From assembly GCA_000708835.1 (NCBI GenBank), contig DF237117.1, positions 1 through 64,000 on the forward strand: a stretch of DNA of 64,000 nucleotides, written 5' to 3'. The position numbers and the translations under genes were made by a program. The DNA is from Klebsormidium nitens (lineage: Eukaryota > Plantae > Klebsormidiophyceae). The notes under the pieces were generated by a model. That model was not told the DNA's origin and did no database searches. It saw only the letters and a program-made list of their open reading frames with translations. Within the stretch, counting starts at the first letter, position 1, and every line of letters begins with the position of its first letter. Shown in pieces: positions 36,797 to 49,312 of the stretch.

Positions 36797-37606
36797 AAGT
36801 CTAGAAGTTCGTGTACAATCCAATAGAGTAGAGTCGTGCCAGCAGGGGGTGTTTAGAATCTTCTACGCAACTGAAGCAGCACAATCATCGCGATCATACA
36901 TACGTACTCAAAACCGGTGTCCAGCGGAACCTGTACTTGAGTTTGTCCCCAGAAGTCCTTTCACTCTTCATCAGCTTAGCCGCCGTGGTGCGGCCTTGCT
37001 AGCCCAACAAGTAAGATGACACGTCGAGCCTTGTGCATGTGCATGCTCAGAATTTGTAGAGAGCTTCAAACATACACGGATTCGGTAGCTTTTTCTTCCG
37101 GCCATGCATGGTGTCTCATGCAAACACCGGAATATGCAATATTTGCCTGTAGCGCACTAGATTGCATACTATACAGCGACGTCAGCATCCATCGAACTCC
37201 AGATCCCGCCTTAGAACGATGTGTGCCCTAGCTCTTTGATCGATTGCGCGGCCGCGCCTATATGATCATATGCATTGGCCGGCAGTACCGACCGGACCAT
37301 CATAGATGCCCTATATGGACCGGACACTCTGCAAGCTAGGCTCTGATTCATGTTAATGATCAATGCCCCGATCCAACGCGAATTCATGCTGGTTATCCTC
37401 ATAAAGCTGTCACTGAACCATCACGGTATAGCATCAGCTGGGCAATTGAGCTTCATCGCGCGCTTCAAAAGACCAATCCAAAGCTTGACCGGAGGCTGCC
37501 AAAGCTATTGATCTGCCACAATCTTGGAAGCCGCGGATAGGGCCCCTCGAGTATACGTTACCAGGCAATAAACGAGCACAAATTGTGTGCTTTCACGCGC
37601 ACACGT

Positions 37607-40600
37607 TCACCTAACAGCCATCCCATGTATTGCATCCTCAAGTCTTCTCTCTGTCGCTTCTAACTGCCGTTTTTTCTCCTCAACTGCCAGCTCCGCAAGC
37701 GCCTTGTCCGGCGGCAAGTCCTGATAACTTCGTAACGTCTCTAACAACGGCTGGGTTTGCTTAACTAGCTCCTGGTTCTTTTGGGCGGCTTGTAACAACG
37801 TGCCGTGGTTGATTTCAGGCGTGTACCCAGCTCGCGTCAACACGGCCTACAATAAGAGAGCTCAGGAAGTCAGGAACGTCAGCAACAAAGTAGAGGAACT
37901 TGGCATGTCAGAATAACATGTAAAGAAGTTCTTAAAGTAAACCGGAGACAAACCAGGTCCAAAAACAGATTGGATCTGAAAACACCCCGGCAAGAAGCAG
38001 TATGGCCTCACCCGCCTGGAACGAGCAAGCCACAATCAGACAGACAATATACATTGATCGAAGAAGAGAAAGGACTAGCATATACATTGATCGAAGGAGA
38101 AAAAAGACAAAAGGGGCCAAGTCGAAAAGAGCCCAGTAACTCGCCTTGTAGTTGACCAGCTGTTGAGTGTACTGCCGGTCTTTCGAGATCATAACCTGCA
38201 TGTACTCGTTCCACGTCTTCATCGGCGCCCGGTGGCTTTCCTCCCCCCGCTCTAGTTCCGCCAGCGCCCGCTTCAGTTGCGCCAGCCGCGCGATGCCCTT
38301 GCGCGTCCGCTCGCGCAGCTCCTCCGCCTCGCGCCTAGTTGCGCGCTGGCGCTCGTCCAGGCGTGCGGTTTCCAACGCGAGGTCCGCCATTGCTAGGAGG
38401 TAACTGCAGACAAAACTTACGTGTTGCAAAACCTACAAGACTTGGCAGTGTCCGTCCCAATAATATCGTCCCTGGCTTTGAAATCGAAATCTGTACGAGT
38501 CAGTTGGCACCGGTCAATTGGCGTTTTGACAGTCAACTTCGCAAGCGAGTCGAAGTCCACCGCACACTGACACAGCAAAGTCGAGACTGGAGTCTTCGAT
38601 ACCCGTAAATATTGCAAGTTTATTGCTTAACCAAGGTTCAAAGATCTCCGAGAACAACCTTTCCAAACGTAGGAGAATCGGTTGAAAACCTAAAATTTCA
38701 CGTGTCATTCATTCTGCACTCACACCCACTAAAACGATCAATCTGAAACCACCCATCTCCTGGGCGCCCGCATAAGTGGGCGTCGGACGAATTTGACTGT
38801 CCGATGCTAAGACCCTCACAAAAATGCCGTCCAATACTGTGACCGTTCTCTGTCTCATAACGAGATCGGAGACGGGGGGCTGACGTCAAGCACACATCGA
38901 CGGCCTTTAAAGTCCCTCAAGATTTGCAGAAGTGAATCAGCGGTCCCCACCTGCTTGTTTCCGCGTCCCGCAGGTCAAGGTGGTTCGCGGTGCCGGCGAG
39001 GGCCCGGAGTGACGTCATCCCCGCTTGGGAGAAGCTCTCGGGGGCGATGCCTGCCATGTCGAGAAGCTCGACTTCTCGGGAAGCTGCAGTAACACTTTAG
39101 TCAATGAGGATCTCGGCTGCCTATTCCTTCTGCTTTCCTCTTTTTCCCTCCGAGATTGTTTCGCATCTTCAAGAGCCGTTGGAAGAGCCGAAGGAAGATC
39201 TCAACCATTGGAAAGGTCTTATCTATCTATGAGGAGGAAGGCAAGCATCACCACAAGAACTCGAACGACGTACAAGATTAACAGAAGTGGGTTGTTAAGG
39301 ATCGCTCAATCGCTTCCTGAAGAATGCAAGAAATCGACTTTCCTAGGACCATACTATTTCAGTGAGATTGGGGGAGTGTTACGATTAGCCTCCCGTTTGC
39401 AATGATCTCATAGGGAGGGGTTCTGTGACTTGATAGTTCTGGACCTTGGTGTTGGAGAGAAAAGAATTATCAAAGAGGGCGAGGTTACAAACAAGACTTT
39501 AGTCACACTGGATTGTTTTCAAAGCTGTGTCTGTGCATGAGCCCCTTACATTCATTCCGAAAGTCCAGGGACATGTCCTGCAGGTCGGCCACCACAATCT
39601 CCACCGCTCTAGTTCGTCTGCAGGACAGGGAGCCCCACAATGATTGATATATAGCTGACCACAAAACGGCTTCTTGGAAAACCGGATCAAAGACATCCTT
39701 CCTCCCCAGTTCTTTCCTTTTTCACCTCCATTCGCCTGAGCTTGGCAGGAGGGTTGGAGGTACTGAAGGCTTGTTGACTCCCCATTCCCATCAATACTCC
39801 CCAAGTTGGATTTTGGTCGGTTCAGTTCCCTTCTTTCGACTGAGAACTCAGCCAGGACTTGGCTATATGTAAGAATGCAAACGAGCGCTTCACCACTAAC
39901 CACGCCAGCACTTGCGCCGCTGCCTACAGGGCTCTTCAGCAGTTTGCTCCAGACCCCAAGGCAATGTTGGTTAGGAAAAAAAGACTATAAAGTAAGCACT
40001 AAAGCCTTCATATCTTAGGCCGCCCTGAAAGCTTATGATACCATCAGTAGTAACAAGTCTAACATACATGTCAAAGTTCTCCCCCTCAAACTCAGGGTAT
40101 AACACCATTCGTCCAGTTCTCAGGTGCAGCAAACCAATGAGCCAAAAGGAAATTGGCCTGCAACATAATGCAAGGGTAGAAAAGGAAATACGCATTCATT
40201 GGTTTAACTTTGCTCGACAAAATGGTTGGAGACATAAGGTGGTATGCAGCTTGTCAAATTTCCTTCATCGGAGTGCTTTTCTCAATAAAAACAGTTCCCA
40301 TCAGATTGTTTCCTTCAGAAATAGAAGTCATATTTCTGAGGAGCGGTGGGGGCAAAAGCAGTGAACTGTGCTTCGAGCTGACTAAAACTGTTGCCCTAAT
40401 TCAAACATGTCCTTTTTGAGTATCATGGAAGTCCCTCAATAACACTGCAGAGGCCAAAGTGGGGCACGGGGGAAAAGACTGGCAGCCCCTTACAAGTGCC
40501 AACAGGAAGCCAAAAGTTGGGCACTAAGGAACATTTGGACATAGAAGAAGTTGCTGATATGGAAATACTGAAATTCACCATCAGATTGGAGTGCTGTTTG

Positions 40601-40988
40601 GTATTTAAGCTTTGTATCTCCTTTTGGTGGTAGCAGACTTATTGTCTGAGGTATCAATGAGGACACCTGCAATCTTGTGAGGATTTCAATTCGAGACTCC
40701 GGTCTCCCAGACACTTTTTCAGTTCTCTCGATTTGATTGATCACCACACCACCTACACCAAAATTGTTTTAATTAGTGTGTTCACCTTTTTGACAGTTGA
40801 GAGAGCCTATGAAGTTCTGCCACTGTCCTAGCAGTGACTTCAAACTGCGGCGTCTCCCTCCCCGCTGCACTGAACGTCTCCTCCAGCCACTGCTTGACCT
40901 CCCAGAATTGCTGGCCGTCCAGAGTGCTCGATTGAGCGGGAGCGGAGTATCGCGGGGAGGCCTCCAAGCGCGACTGCGCAGACGCCAT
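37607..40988 (-). CDS. AUG1: Augmin subunit 1 (HAUS1), 5 exons, 300 aa
   Basis: Exons 40988-40786, 39617-39550, 39083-38951, 38403-38145, 37846-37607 (903 nt). Motifs: EVKQWLEETF...PQFEVT, LDLRDAETSSYLLAMADL, GYTPEINH, TLRSYQDLPPDKALAELAVEEKKRQ. Intron 4 is GC-AG. Confidence 0.93.
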
Positions 40989-41378
40989 CTTATAGCTTGA
41001 TCCCTGGAGGCCGCTCCCTCAGAATCAGATTGACTTTCTTATGAAGAGCTGCCACAGAATCCTTTTCCAGCGAACACCGCATTTCACAAGTTCAATCCAA
41101 TTGGCGCCAAAGCCTAAGGCATTATAGGGTTTTGCATTGCGAAGCTAGTTAACGCGAGGGTTAAGACACTGAACCCATTTCAAAAGGGGGTTCAACGAAA
41201 CATGGTTAGGATCCGGGGTTAATACCTAGAGGCTGATTAACAGAACTCAGTGCAGCTTCTCTCTACTATGTAACCAATTCTGGTACCTAGCTCGGACCAG
41301 GGGTTTGCAAAACGCAAGCAAAGTCAAAATTTATAAAGATCTATATATTTAGAAGTGGCCATTACCTTCCATCCAGCT

Positions 41379-41450
41379 GTCGATGTAGTATAATGGTCAG
41401 TATCACCGCCTGTCACGCGGTAGATCCGGGTTCGATCCCCGGCATCGGCG
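41379..41450 (+). tRNA. tRNA-Asp(GTC)
   Basis: 72-nt cloverleaf with acceptor GTCGATG/CATCGGC, anticodon GTC at 41412-41414, T-loop TTCGATC and discriminator G. A TATA-like element lies at ~41342-41349. It closely resembles the plant cytosolic tRNA-Asp. Confidence 0.97.
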
Positions 41451-41820
41451 ACAGGACGAGCGCTAGCTCATCCAAACGCTATTCCTCTTTATTCCTCTTT
41501 ATGCTTTTCTCCACTTGTCCTGTGTTTCTTTTGTTTCTTTTTGCTCATCCATTCAGATTTGGAAGTCTTTGTGTAGCATTCAATCGCAGCAATACTTTCA
41601 TGCTTCCAGGACGTTCATCGTTCACCCCTTTTTCAAGGGTGGCCTTTTGCTGATGAAAATTAGCTAGCTAGTGAGAGTTGCAAATGTAAGCGATTGTTGA
41701 CAAATGCGAAGAGGACACATTTTGAGGCAGTCAATCAACCACGCAGGGAAAATGCGCCATTTAGCAATGTGTTTCTTGTGAAAGCGAAGGAAATTGGAGG
41801 TGGTTAAAACAGCCTTTTCA

Positions 41821-44800
41821 ATGCTGCATTGTCAAGTACGATCAGGAGTCCAGTCAATTCAGCTGCATTGCCAGTACCATAGCTCTGTCCAACAAGGAGA
41901 GTTGCAGCAAGGGCGTCTTTATGCCCAATGGAGGAATCTCGGACATGTGAACCAGACCTTTGCTCAGGCAAGGCTTGGTTCTCAGTCAAAAGGAGGCGGC
42001 ACAGACACTTTGGGCAGGCAATGGGCCCAATCACCTGACGGCCTTAGCGGACGGTCACTGCATCCTTGGCATGGGGTCTCTAGATTGGGAGATCAGGTGC
42101 TCAAAGGAAGTGGGGGTAGAAGACAGCGTTCGCCTTTTAGTGCCAGTGCAAATGGTGGTACAAAGTCAGAACATCTAGACAGTCCACCGCTAGAACCGCC
42201 CTCTGCAGGCAGCCACAGTCCTTCAGGCGCCCCTCCGCAGACAAAACCACTCAGCTCGCACAGAGAACCTCTAGCCAGCACAAAAGTCAAGCCTCAGCCT
42301 GAGGACAGCCGGGAAGCTTTAGACCTCCGTGCCAAGCTCCTGCCTCATATCAAACAGCAGTGGCGCTTGATTGCAAGGGCCTGGGCTTGCACCCTCATTT
42401 CATTAGCGGCTCTCTTGCTGGTCATTCCCCGAATAGGCAAGCTCTCTTCTCTGTTGTCAAATGGAGATCTGCCAGGCGTGGTTCGCATGGCGGGGGTAAC
42501 GATGGGGCTCATCACCATGCGCTGCGCAGCTCAGTACGGCCAGGCAAGTGGGGCGCTTGTTTGCTTTCGAAAGTTTCTTGTTTGATGAGGTTTGGAACAG
42601 TATCAGGTTAATAAAGAAGAGCCCCCAATCAATCGCTTATGGTGTCTGCCTCCAGGAAGCTTGTGCACCCCAGATGTGTAAGCCCCCTTCGGCATCTTGA
42701 GCACTCAGGAAAGGTCCTCCCAACTATATGCGCGCTGTTGTAAGGAGATCAGAAGCAACTCTAGTCCTATGTTACAAAACGCCTGAGCTTTTTTCTGAGG
42801 ATCACAGACACTGAAAATTTTTGACCCTGCGCAAGCAGGGACAGTCTGTGAGTGCTTGTATCAGCATTTTAAAGACTATGCAAACGGTTGAACCTTTTGA
42901 AACATCGTTTTGGTCATAGTCAACACATTGTAAGATGACTCATGCAGCGTCGATGTCCAAGTTGAACAGTATAACCAACGCTGATGTAACACTCCGAAAG
43001 TCCGAAACTCAGATCCTACACGTGTGTTTACCTTGTAAATCCAATCCACCCTCTCAGAGCCTTTGACACTTGCCCTTTTCTACAGGACGTATGGCTGTGG
43101 GAAGCGGCCCTCCACATCACGAGCAGCGTCCGCAAGCAGGTCTACGGACACGTCCAACTTTTGGGGCTTTCATACTTCGAGGGGGCCGGAGACACTGCGG
43201 CGGGAGACACGGCGTATCGGTTGACGGCGGAGGCGGACCAAATGGGAGCCATGGTGTTTGCATTTCTTCAGGTTAGGGGCGGTCTCGAGTACACACTTTT
43301 TTGGAAGCTACGATGATGGAGTAGTGGTGTGGAGCCATTTCCTTATCGGATATGTCTGGGACAGCTTTGGAAACGGTTTCAGAAGAACGTCCATATTTCA
43401 ATGTCCTGTTTGGCGCACGTTTTTGCCTGCAAGGTCGAGATCCGACAAGCTGGCGGCTTTACCTTCGTAGTACGTACACTTTGAAATAAGCCCAAGCTCA
43501 AACGGAAGTCGCAGTCTAGACTGGCCCGAATCAGACGTGTTGCTTGTGCTTCGACCTTTGAAAGGGAAACGAAATCGACTCCGCGAAGGCACTAGTGTTG
43601 CGGAGCACTTTTGCTGCGGACTATCTTTGTGACTAAGATTAGATTGTTCTGGGCCTGTATGACGGGAATGCGCTGATGTCATCGCAACATCAGCGGGAAG
43701 GTCGCAAGAGCAGACAAATCGGTGGCCCCAATGAACACTACAAATGCAACTACCATCAGTGTGGCAATCTTAAACGGACAGAACTTAAAACGCTCCTCGT
43801 ACTATGCAAAACCAATCTGACTGTTCTTATCAAACTCTGCACGTTCTAATAAAACGTGCAGCCGCTTTTTTCGAGCGCTTTTCAGCTGGTCGCGATGCGG
43901 GCCACTAAGCTCCCTTCAACTTCTCAAGCCGTCAAGAGTTTGGAACTATTGACTCAAAGCCCTGAAACAGGGATTCCAAAACCCTGGAACAAGGGATTTT
44001 AAAATCTCAACCGCAGATCTCGCCTTTTTGAAACTAAAGCTTCACGATCTTCTGTGCAGCGTCTCGTGCCAAGGCTCTTCAGCTCGTCGCAATGCTCGCC
44101 AAAATGCTCCCCCAAATTCTTCAAGCCATCAAACTCCTAAGCTCCCAAAAAACCCAAAATATGAATTCCTCCCATCTTCTATGCAGCGTCTCATCTCGAG
44201 CGCTCTTCAGCTCGTCGCAATGCTCGCCAAAATGCTCCCCCTGAAACCCGTAGGCCATCAAACCCCTAGCATCCAGAATCCTTGAAAATAGAAGTCGGCC
44301 ATCGTCTGTGCAGCGTCTCATTCCGAGCGCTCCTCAACTGGTCGCAATGCTCGCCGAAATGCTCCCCCTAAAAATCGTAGGCCATCAAACCCCTAGGATC
44401 CAAAATCCTCGAGAATAGAAGTCGTCCACCGTCTGTGCAGCGTCTCATTCCGAGCGCTCTTCAGCTCGTCGCAATGCTCGCCAAGATGCTCGTGCTGAGC
44501 CCCTTCCTGAGCGGAGCCACGTTGGCGGTGGCGCCGCTGATGTCACTCCTGATCGCGCGCCTGGGGGACCGCGTGAGGCGCCTCTCGCGCAGCAGCCAAG
44601 ACCAAGTCGCTGAACTGTCGGCGCATGTCAACGAGGTGGGTTGTTGTTTTTTGAGAAAAATTTGGGTCCGCATCTCTGTGAAGATGAAGTTTGGAGAACC
44701 AATTGAGCAGTCAAGAAAGCGTATCAATTGCTTCGGCAATATCCGATTCGATGCCCCCTAGAGCTAAAGACTTCAACCACCTTGAAACAGTGACGTGATT

Positions 44801-47800
44801 CTGTGTCGTTTGTCCCGGCCATACCATTCGTCAAGGGGCGCGCCGCAGAGGGTTACGAGCTCGCACGCTTTGCTGACCAGAGCGTGACGTCATCCGTGCA
44901 GATCCTCTCTCCCATGCTGGTCGTCAAGGCGCATGCGGCGGAGGGCTACGACTCACGAGCTCGCGCGCTTTGCTGATCACCGCTTGTCCTCAGCAAAATA
45001 TTCAACTTCGTAAAGTCGTGACGTCTTCCCGTGCAGATCCTCCCGGCCATGCTCGTTGTTAAGGCGCATGCGGCGGAGGGCTACGAGCTCGCGCGCTTTG
45101 CTGATCTGGCGGATGCGCATCGCACGGGGCGCATGGCGTTCCAGAGGCAGCAGGCGCTCTTCTCCCCCGCAATCACGCTCGTTTACGCGGCGACGGTGAG
45201 AGTCTGAATTCCTCTCTCTAGTTTCTGATGGGACAGATAAACTTTTCCTCCGAGATTCTCTATCACCTAGTCAAGTTAAGGGGTCCTTTGGGGTGTGCTC
45301 TGCTCCCACCGGTAGAGGTCCTCGTCTCGTTAGCAGATGTTGATCGTGCACGCAACCATAGTGAGAACCTCAGCCGTCTTGCTCTGACATCTGCCACCTT
45401 TGTTACCTTAGCTTCGCTTTTCCGTTAGATGAGTCGTATCTCCCTCATCAATCTAGCAGAACTGCGGGATACAAAGCTCCATCATTACACAACAAAGAAG
45501 CAGGGACGGCACTGTTTACGTTGCAGCTTATCTGGTTTGAGTACTTTACGTTGAAAATTTTGCATGTTGCTTCTCGCTGACCCGCAACACTAGAAGGCGC
45601 CTCCAGTCAGGCTTGAGTCCATGCCGCCGACCTTGGTGTCAACAGGTGGTGTCCCTTTTCGCGGCAGGCACGAAGGCGATCGCGCACGGCCGCTTCTCCG
45701 GCGAGAAGATGGTCGCGTTTGTCGCCAGTCTAGTTCTCCTCATCGAGCCCATCCAAGCGGTGGGGAGCGCTTATAACGAGATCAAGCAAGGCCAGCCGGC
45801 CGTCGAGCGGGTGTTTGAGATTCTCGACACCCCGCCAGAGGTGACCGCTCCAATGTTCTGGACACTGTACAGGCTTTGACGTTCCGTTGCTAGCTCAGAA
45901 GATGATTCACTGTCCGCTAAGGCGTTTGAAAGGAAGTCCCATACCTACGTAACTGTCTAGACGCCGCCTTGTTTGTGAGCACTATGTTTCAAGGAACGGG
46001 TCCCATGTTGCTCGACGGCAGCAGCCGCTCACCCTCAGCGAGACCCGAACTCAGATCCTCTCTTCTATTTTAGACCTTCCGTTTGTCATTTTTCGACTGT
46101 TTGCATGGCAAATCATTCAAGGAGTCTTGCCGAGCTTCGCCATTCCTTACAGACAGATGTTTAGCAGCCTTACGGTCCGTTCACTACGTTGATCATGTCT
46201 TGGGAATTGCATTCCAATGGCAGTCTCTGAACGCAACGAAATAAAGCTCTGAAGCGTCCTCCCTTCGCCCGTCCATCTGCGTGAGCAAGATTGAAGTTCA
46301 CCTTGCAATCTGCTCAATGTGTTCCAAGACCGCTAAAACGAACCGTTCGATGCGCTCTTGAAAACGTCCTCCGATCATCCAACGCCTGTGTCCAGGGGAT
46401 TCCTGCCTCATACGCACCGACCTCATATCATAAGCGCGCGTCCTTGTTTGTAGGCAAGCCACGCGACGGGACCCTCGTCCGAAAGCGATTCCATACCGGT
46501 CGGCGATATCGTTTTCGACTCCGTTAGCTTCTGCTACCGAGACCGCCCGGTGCTTAGAGACGTGTCATTTCGGATCAGAGAAGGGGAAACGGTCGCTCTG
46601 GTAGGGCCGTCGGGGAGCGGAAAAACGACGCTCGTCAAGCTGTTACTGCGGTTATACGAGCCGGATACGGGTGAGCGACCCGAATTTACCAAGACTGGTC
46701 TAGCTTTGTTTGATGTTTTTCCACGTAATTTTTCTGCTCAAAAGAGCGTATGGGAGTGGACTTGAGAGATTCCATCGTAAAGAATGCTGAGAGGAAAGAT
46801 TGTAAACGCGGTCATCTTTGCTGTTGAGTCCAAGGATGACCGCGTTTGGACTCAACAGCAACGACGCTCATCAAGCAGTTACTGCAATCATACGAGCCGG
46901 CTTCGGGTGAGCACACGAGAAGCCTTGGTGAATTGATTGCGGTTCTGGTCTACGAAGGCTGCTCGTACTGTATTTGAAAGGCTGCAAAAACGGGCGCTGT
47001 TCAGCACTGTTGGTGAAGGATCGTTGCCGACCCAGTCTCTGCGATCCGGGCGCCTGATAGACCTGGCAACTAATGGTGGGTTAGTGCTAAACCCTAGAGG
47101 GGTCCAGTTCGAACGAAGCGCCGTATACCAAACAAGGCCTTCAGAAGAGTGCGTGCTTTTTGAATGACGTTGGAATGACGTTGTCTAGCCGAGGGCAGCA
47201 AAGACACACCGTTGCGATTCTGGCTCTTGTAGTTACACAAGATCGTGAGTTTCTGGGCGTTGAAGACGATTCATCGCTGTAGGTTTTCGAGAAGAGACGA
47301 TCTTACAAAGCAGGCACTACAACCCATCTGCTTGACCACGTGCTTCGAGGCTAAGTCTGATTGTCTGTACGCATTGAGCTTGACATAAGCTCACATTCTC
47401 CGCACCTCTAGTTCGAGTTCCATACATGGAAACTGTGCGAGCACTTTGTTTCTTCTCGGGCTCTATATGCAGATCTAACAATTTCGCCAATGCTCGCGCA
47501 TCCGCTCTTTTGGTTGCAGGTGCATACGCATCCGGAACCGCCCGAACAAAGACATTCCTCTCGTGTGACTTGATGAACGCATTGTCCGCACGGCTATATG
47601 ACCCTCATACATAGAAATTGTATGAGCATTTACCAGGCTCTAATTGCAAAACGGTTTTGCCAATGCTCTCATATCAGCTCTTTCTTGCTGCAGGTTCCAT
47701 ACGCATCGGGAACCGCCCGATCAAAGACATTCCTCTCCGCACCTGGCGGCGGCACCTTGGCTTTGTCCCCCAAGATAGCGTCCTCTTTTCCGGCACCGTT

Positions 47801-49312
47801 GCGGAGAACATAGCTTATGGCGTGGCGGCAAACGCTATCGACCTCCGGAGGGTCGAGCGCGCCGCCCGGCGTGCGCATGCGGACGAGTTTGTGAGGGGGT
47901 TAAGCGGGGGTTATGCGGCGGTTATCGGGGAGAGGGGGTCGACTTTGAGCGGAGGGCAGAAGCAAAGGTGAGAAGAAGAGGTGCAAAACCACTAGCGTGC
48001 AAAAGGTGCATTGGTCAAGTGGGCTTTGAATGTGGTCAATGCTAAGAAAGTTTGATGCTTGTCAAGTGAAGGTGGTATAGGTGCGCAAAACGCGTCGCGT
48101 ATTTGTGAAGAAATGAATAGAGGACGAAATGGTTCCAGAACGTCACGCTAAAGAGGCGTGGTGACGTTTTATCGAGCAGGTGAAGGTCCTTAGGGTTTGA
48201 AAGAACGACAACAAAGGAACCCTCTCTTCCGGGCTCAGGAGTTGCCTGATGCACTCTGGAATCTGAGACTTTGGTAAAGGACTGAGCAGCCTGGACGGAA
48301 GGAAGAATATGAGTCTTACTTGCCCCTGGCGAATGCTCGGTAGCTGGTCATTCGGATCGTACTCCTTACAGGCCGCTTGATAAATCAATCCGAGCTTGGC
48401 CAGTGATGGACAAACTCTGATAACCACCCAACCTCGTGCCCGCAGATTAGCGGTCGCCCGCGCAATATATCACGAGCCCACGTGTCTCATCCTGGACGAG
48501 GCCACGTCAGCGCTGGACAATGAGTCCGAGGTACTCGTCCGAGATGCGCTGCAAACGCTTATGGCCGAAAAGACGGTGAGGAACGTCGACTTCGGTGTTT
48601 GTGTTTTGAGAACTGCCGACGAAGGCTGCACAAGCGAGAACGATGACTTTCGGAGTCCTTGTGGGCCGAGCGCTTTGTCGTGGCTGCAGGATTGCTGAGG
48701 CCTTCTGTTGTATCCTCGGCGCGTAAGAAAAAGATAGGCTGAAGTGGACACCGTTAAAAGAAGCACAGATGCGTTCAACTGTGGGCGCTGACGTCATTCT
48801 CATGTCGAGAAAGCTTCAAAGAGCTTGCACGCGTGTCGGGCTACTTCGAAGTCGCGCGCTGGCCGTTTTCCTTGGTCGCCCGTTGTGCGGCGTTGGCGAA
48901 TAAGGATCGCCAGCGATGAGCCCGAAGCTCGACATGCATATGGAAGCGCCGACCGAATCTTAGACCCCGAGCAATGTGAAAATGCTATTACGACGAGCTT
49001 CGACTTCCGGGGTTCTGTCATGTAATCCTTCTCTTGTGGAGTTTCTCGTGACGATCTTGGGGAAAGCGCGAAAGCGAAAGGAAACCGTAGAGGAAGAAGA
49101 ATGAGAAGCTTCTTGGTTCGCAGGTGATAGTCATTGCCCACAAGCTCGAGACCGTCCAAAGCGCGGACAGGATTTTGTTCATGGAGCAAGGGCGTATTGT
49201 CGAAGAGGGGGCGCATTTGGAGTTGCTGGAACGTGGGGGAAGGTATGCTAGCTTCTACAAAACGCAGCAGACGGATGACCGGCCTGTCGAAAGCTTACCA
49301 CCGAAAAGATAG
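41821..49312 (+). CDS. ABCB29: Plastid ABC half-transporter, ABCB29-like, 9 exons, ~755 aa (start codon uncertain)
   Basis: Exons 41821-42543, 43086-43271, 44441-44635, 45037-45195, 45646-45840, 46454-46670, 47694-47967, 48446-48575, 49124-49312 (2268 nt). Motifs: [30 protein letters not shown], Walker [10 protein letters not shown], signature LSGGQKQR, Walker [16 protein letters not shown]. The N-terminus is Ser/Pro-rich and transit-peptide-like. Intron 1 is GC-AG. Confidence 0.9.
43853..44500 (+). repeat. Tandem array of decayed copies of the ABCB29 intron 2/exon 3 junction
   Basis: TGCAG|CGTCTCATTCCGAGCGCTCTTCAGCTCGTCGCAATGCTCGCC-like units with the acceptor G at ~43861, 44059, 44186, 44313 and 44440 (real). 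The last three spacings are 127 bp. Confidence 0.9.
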
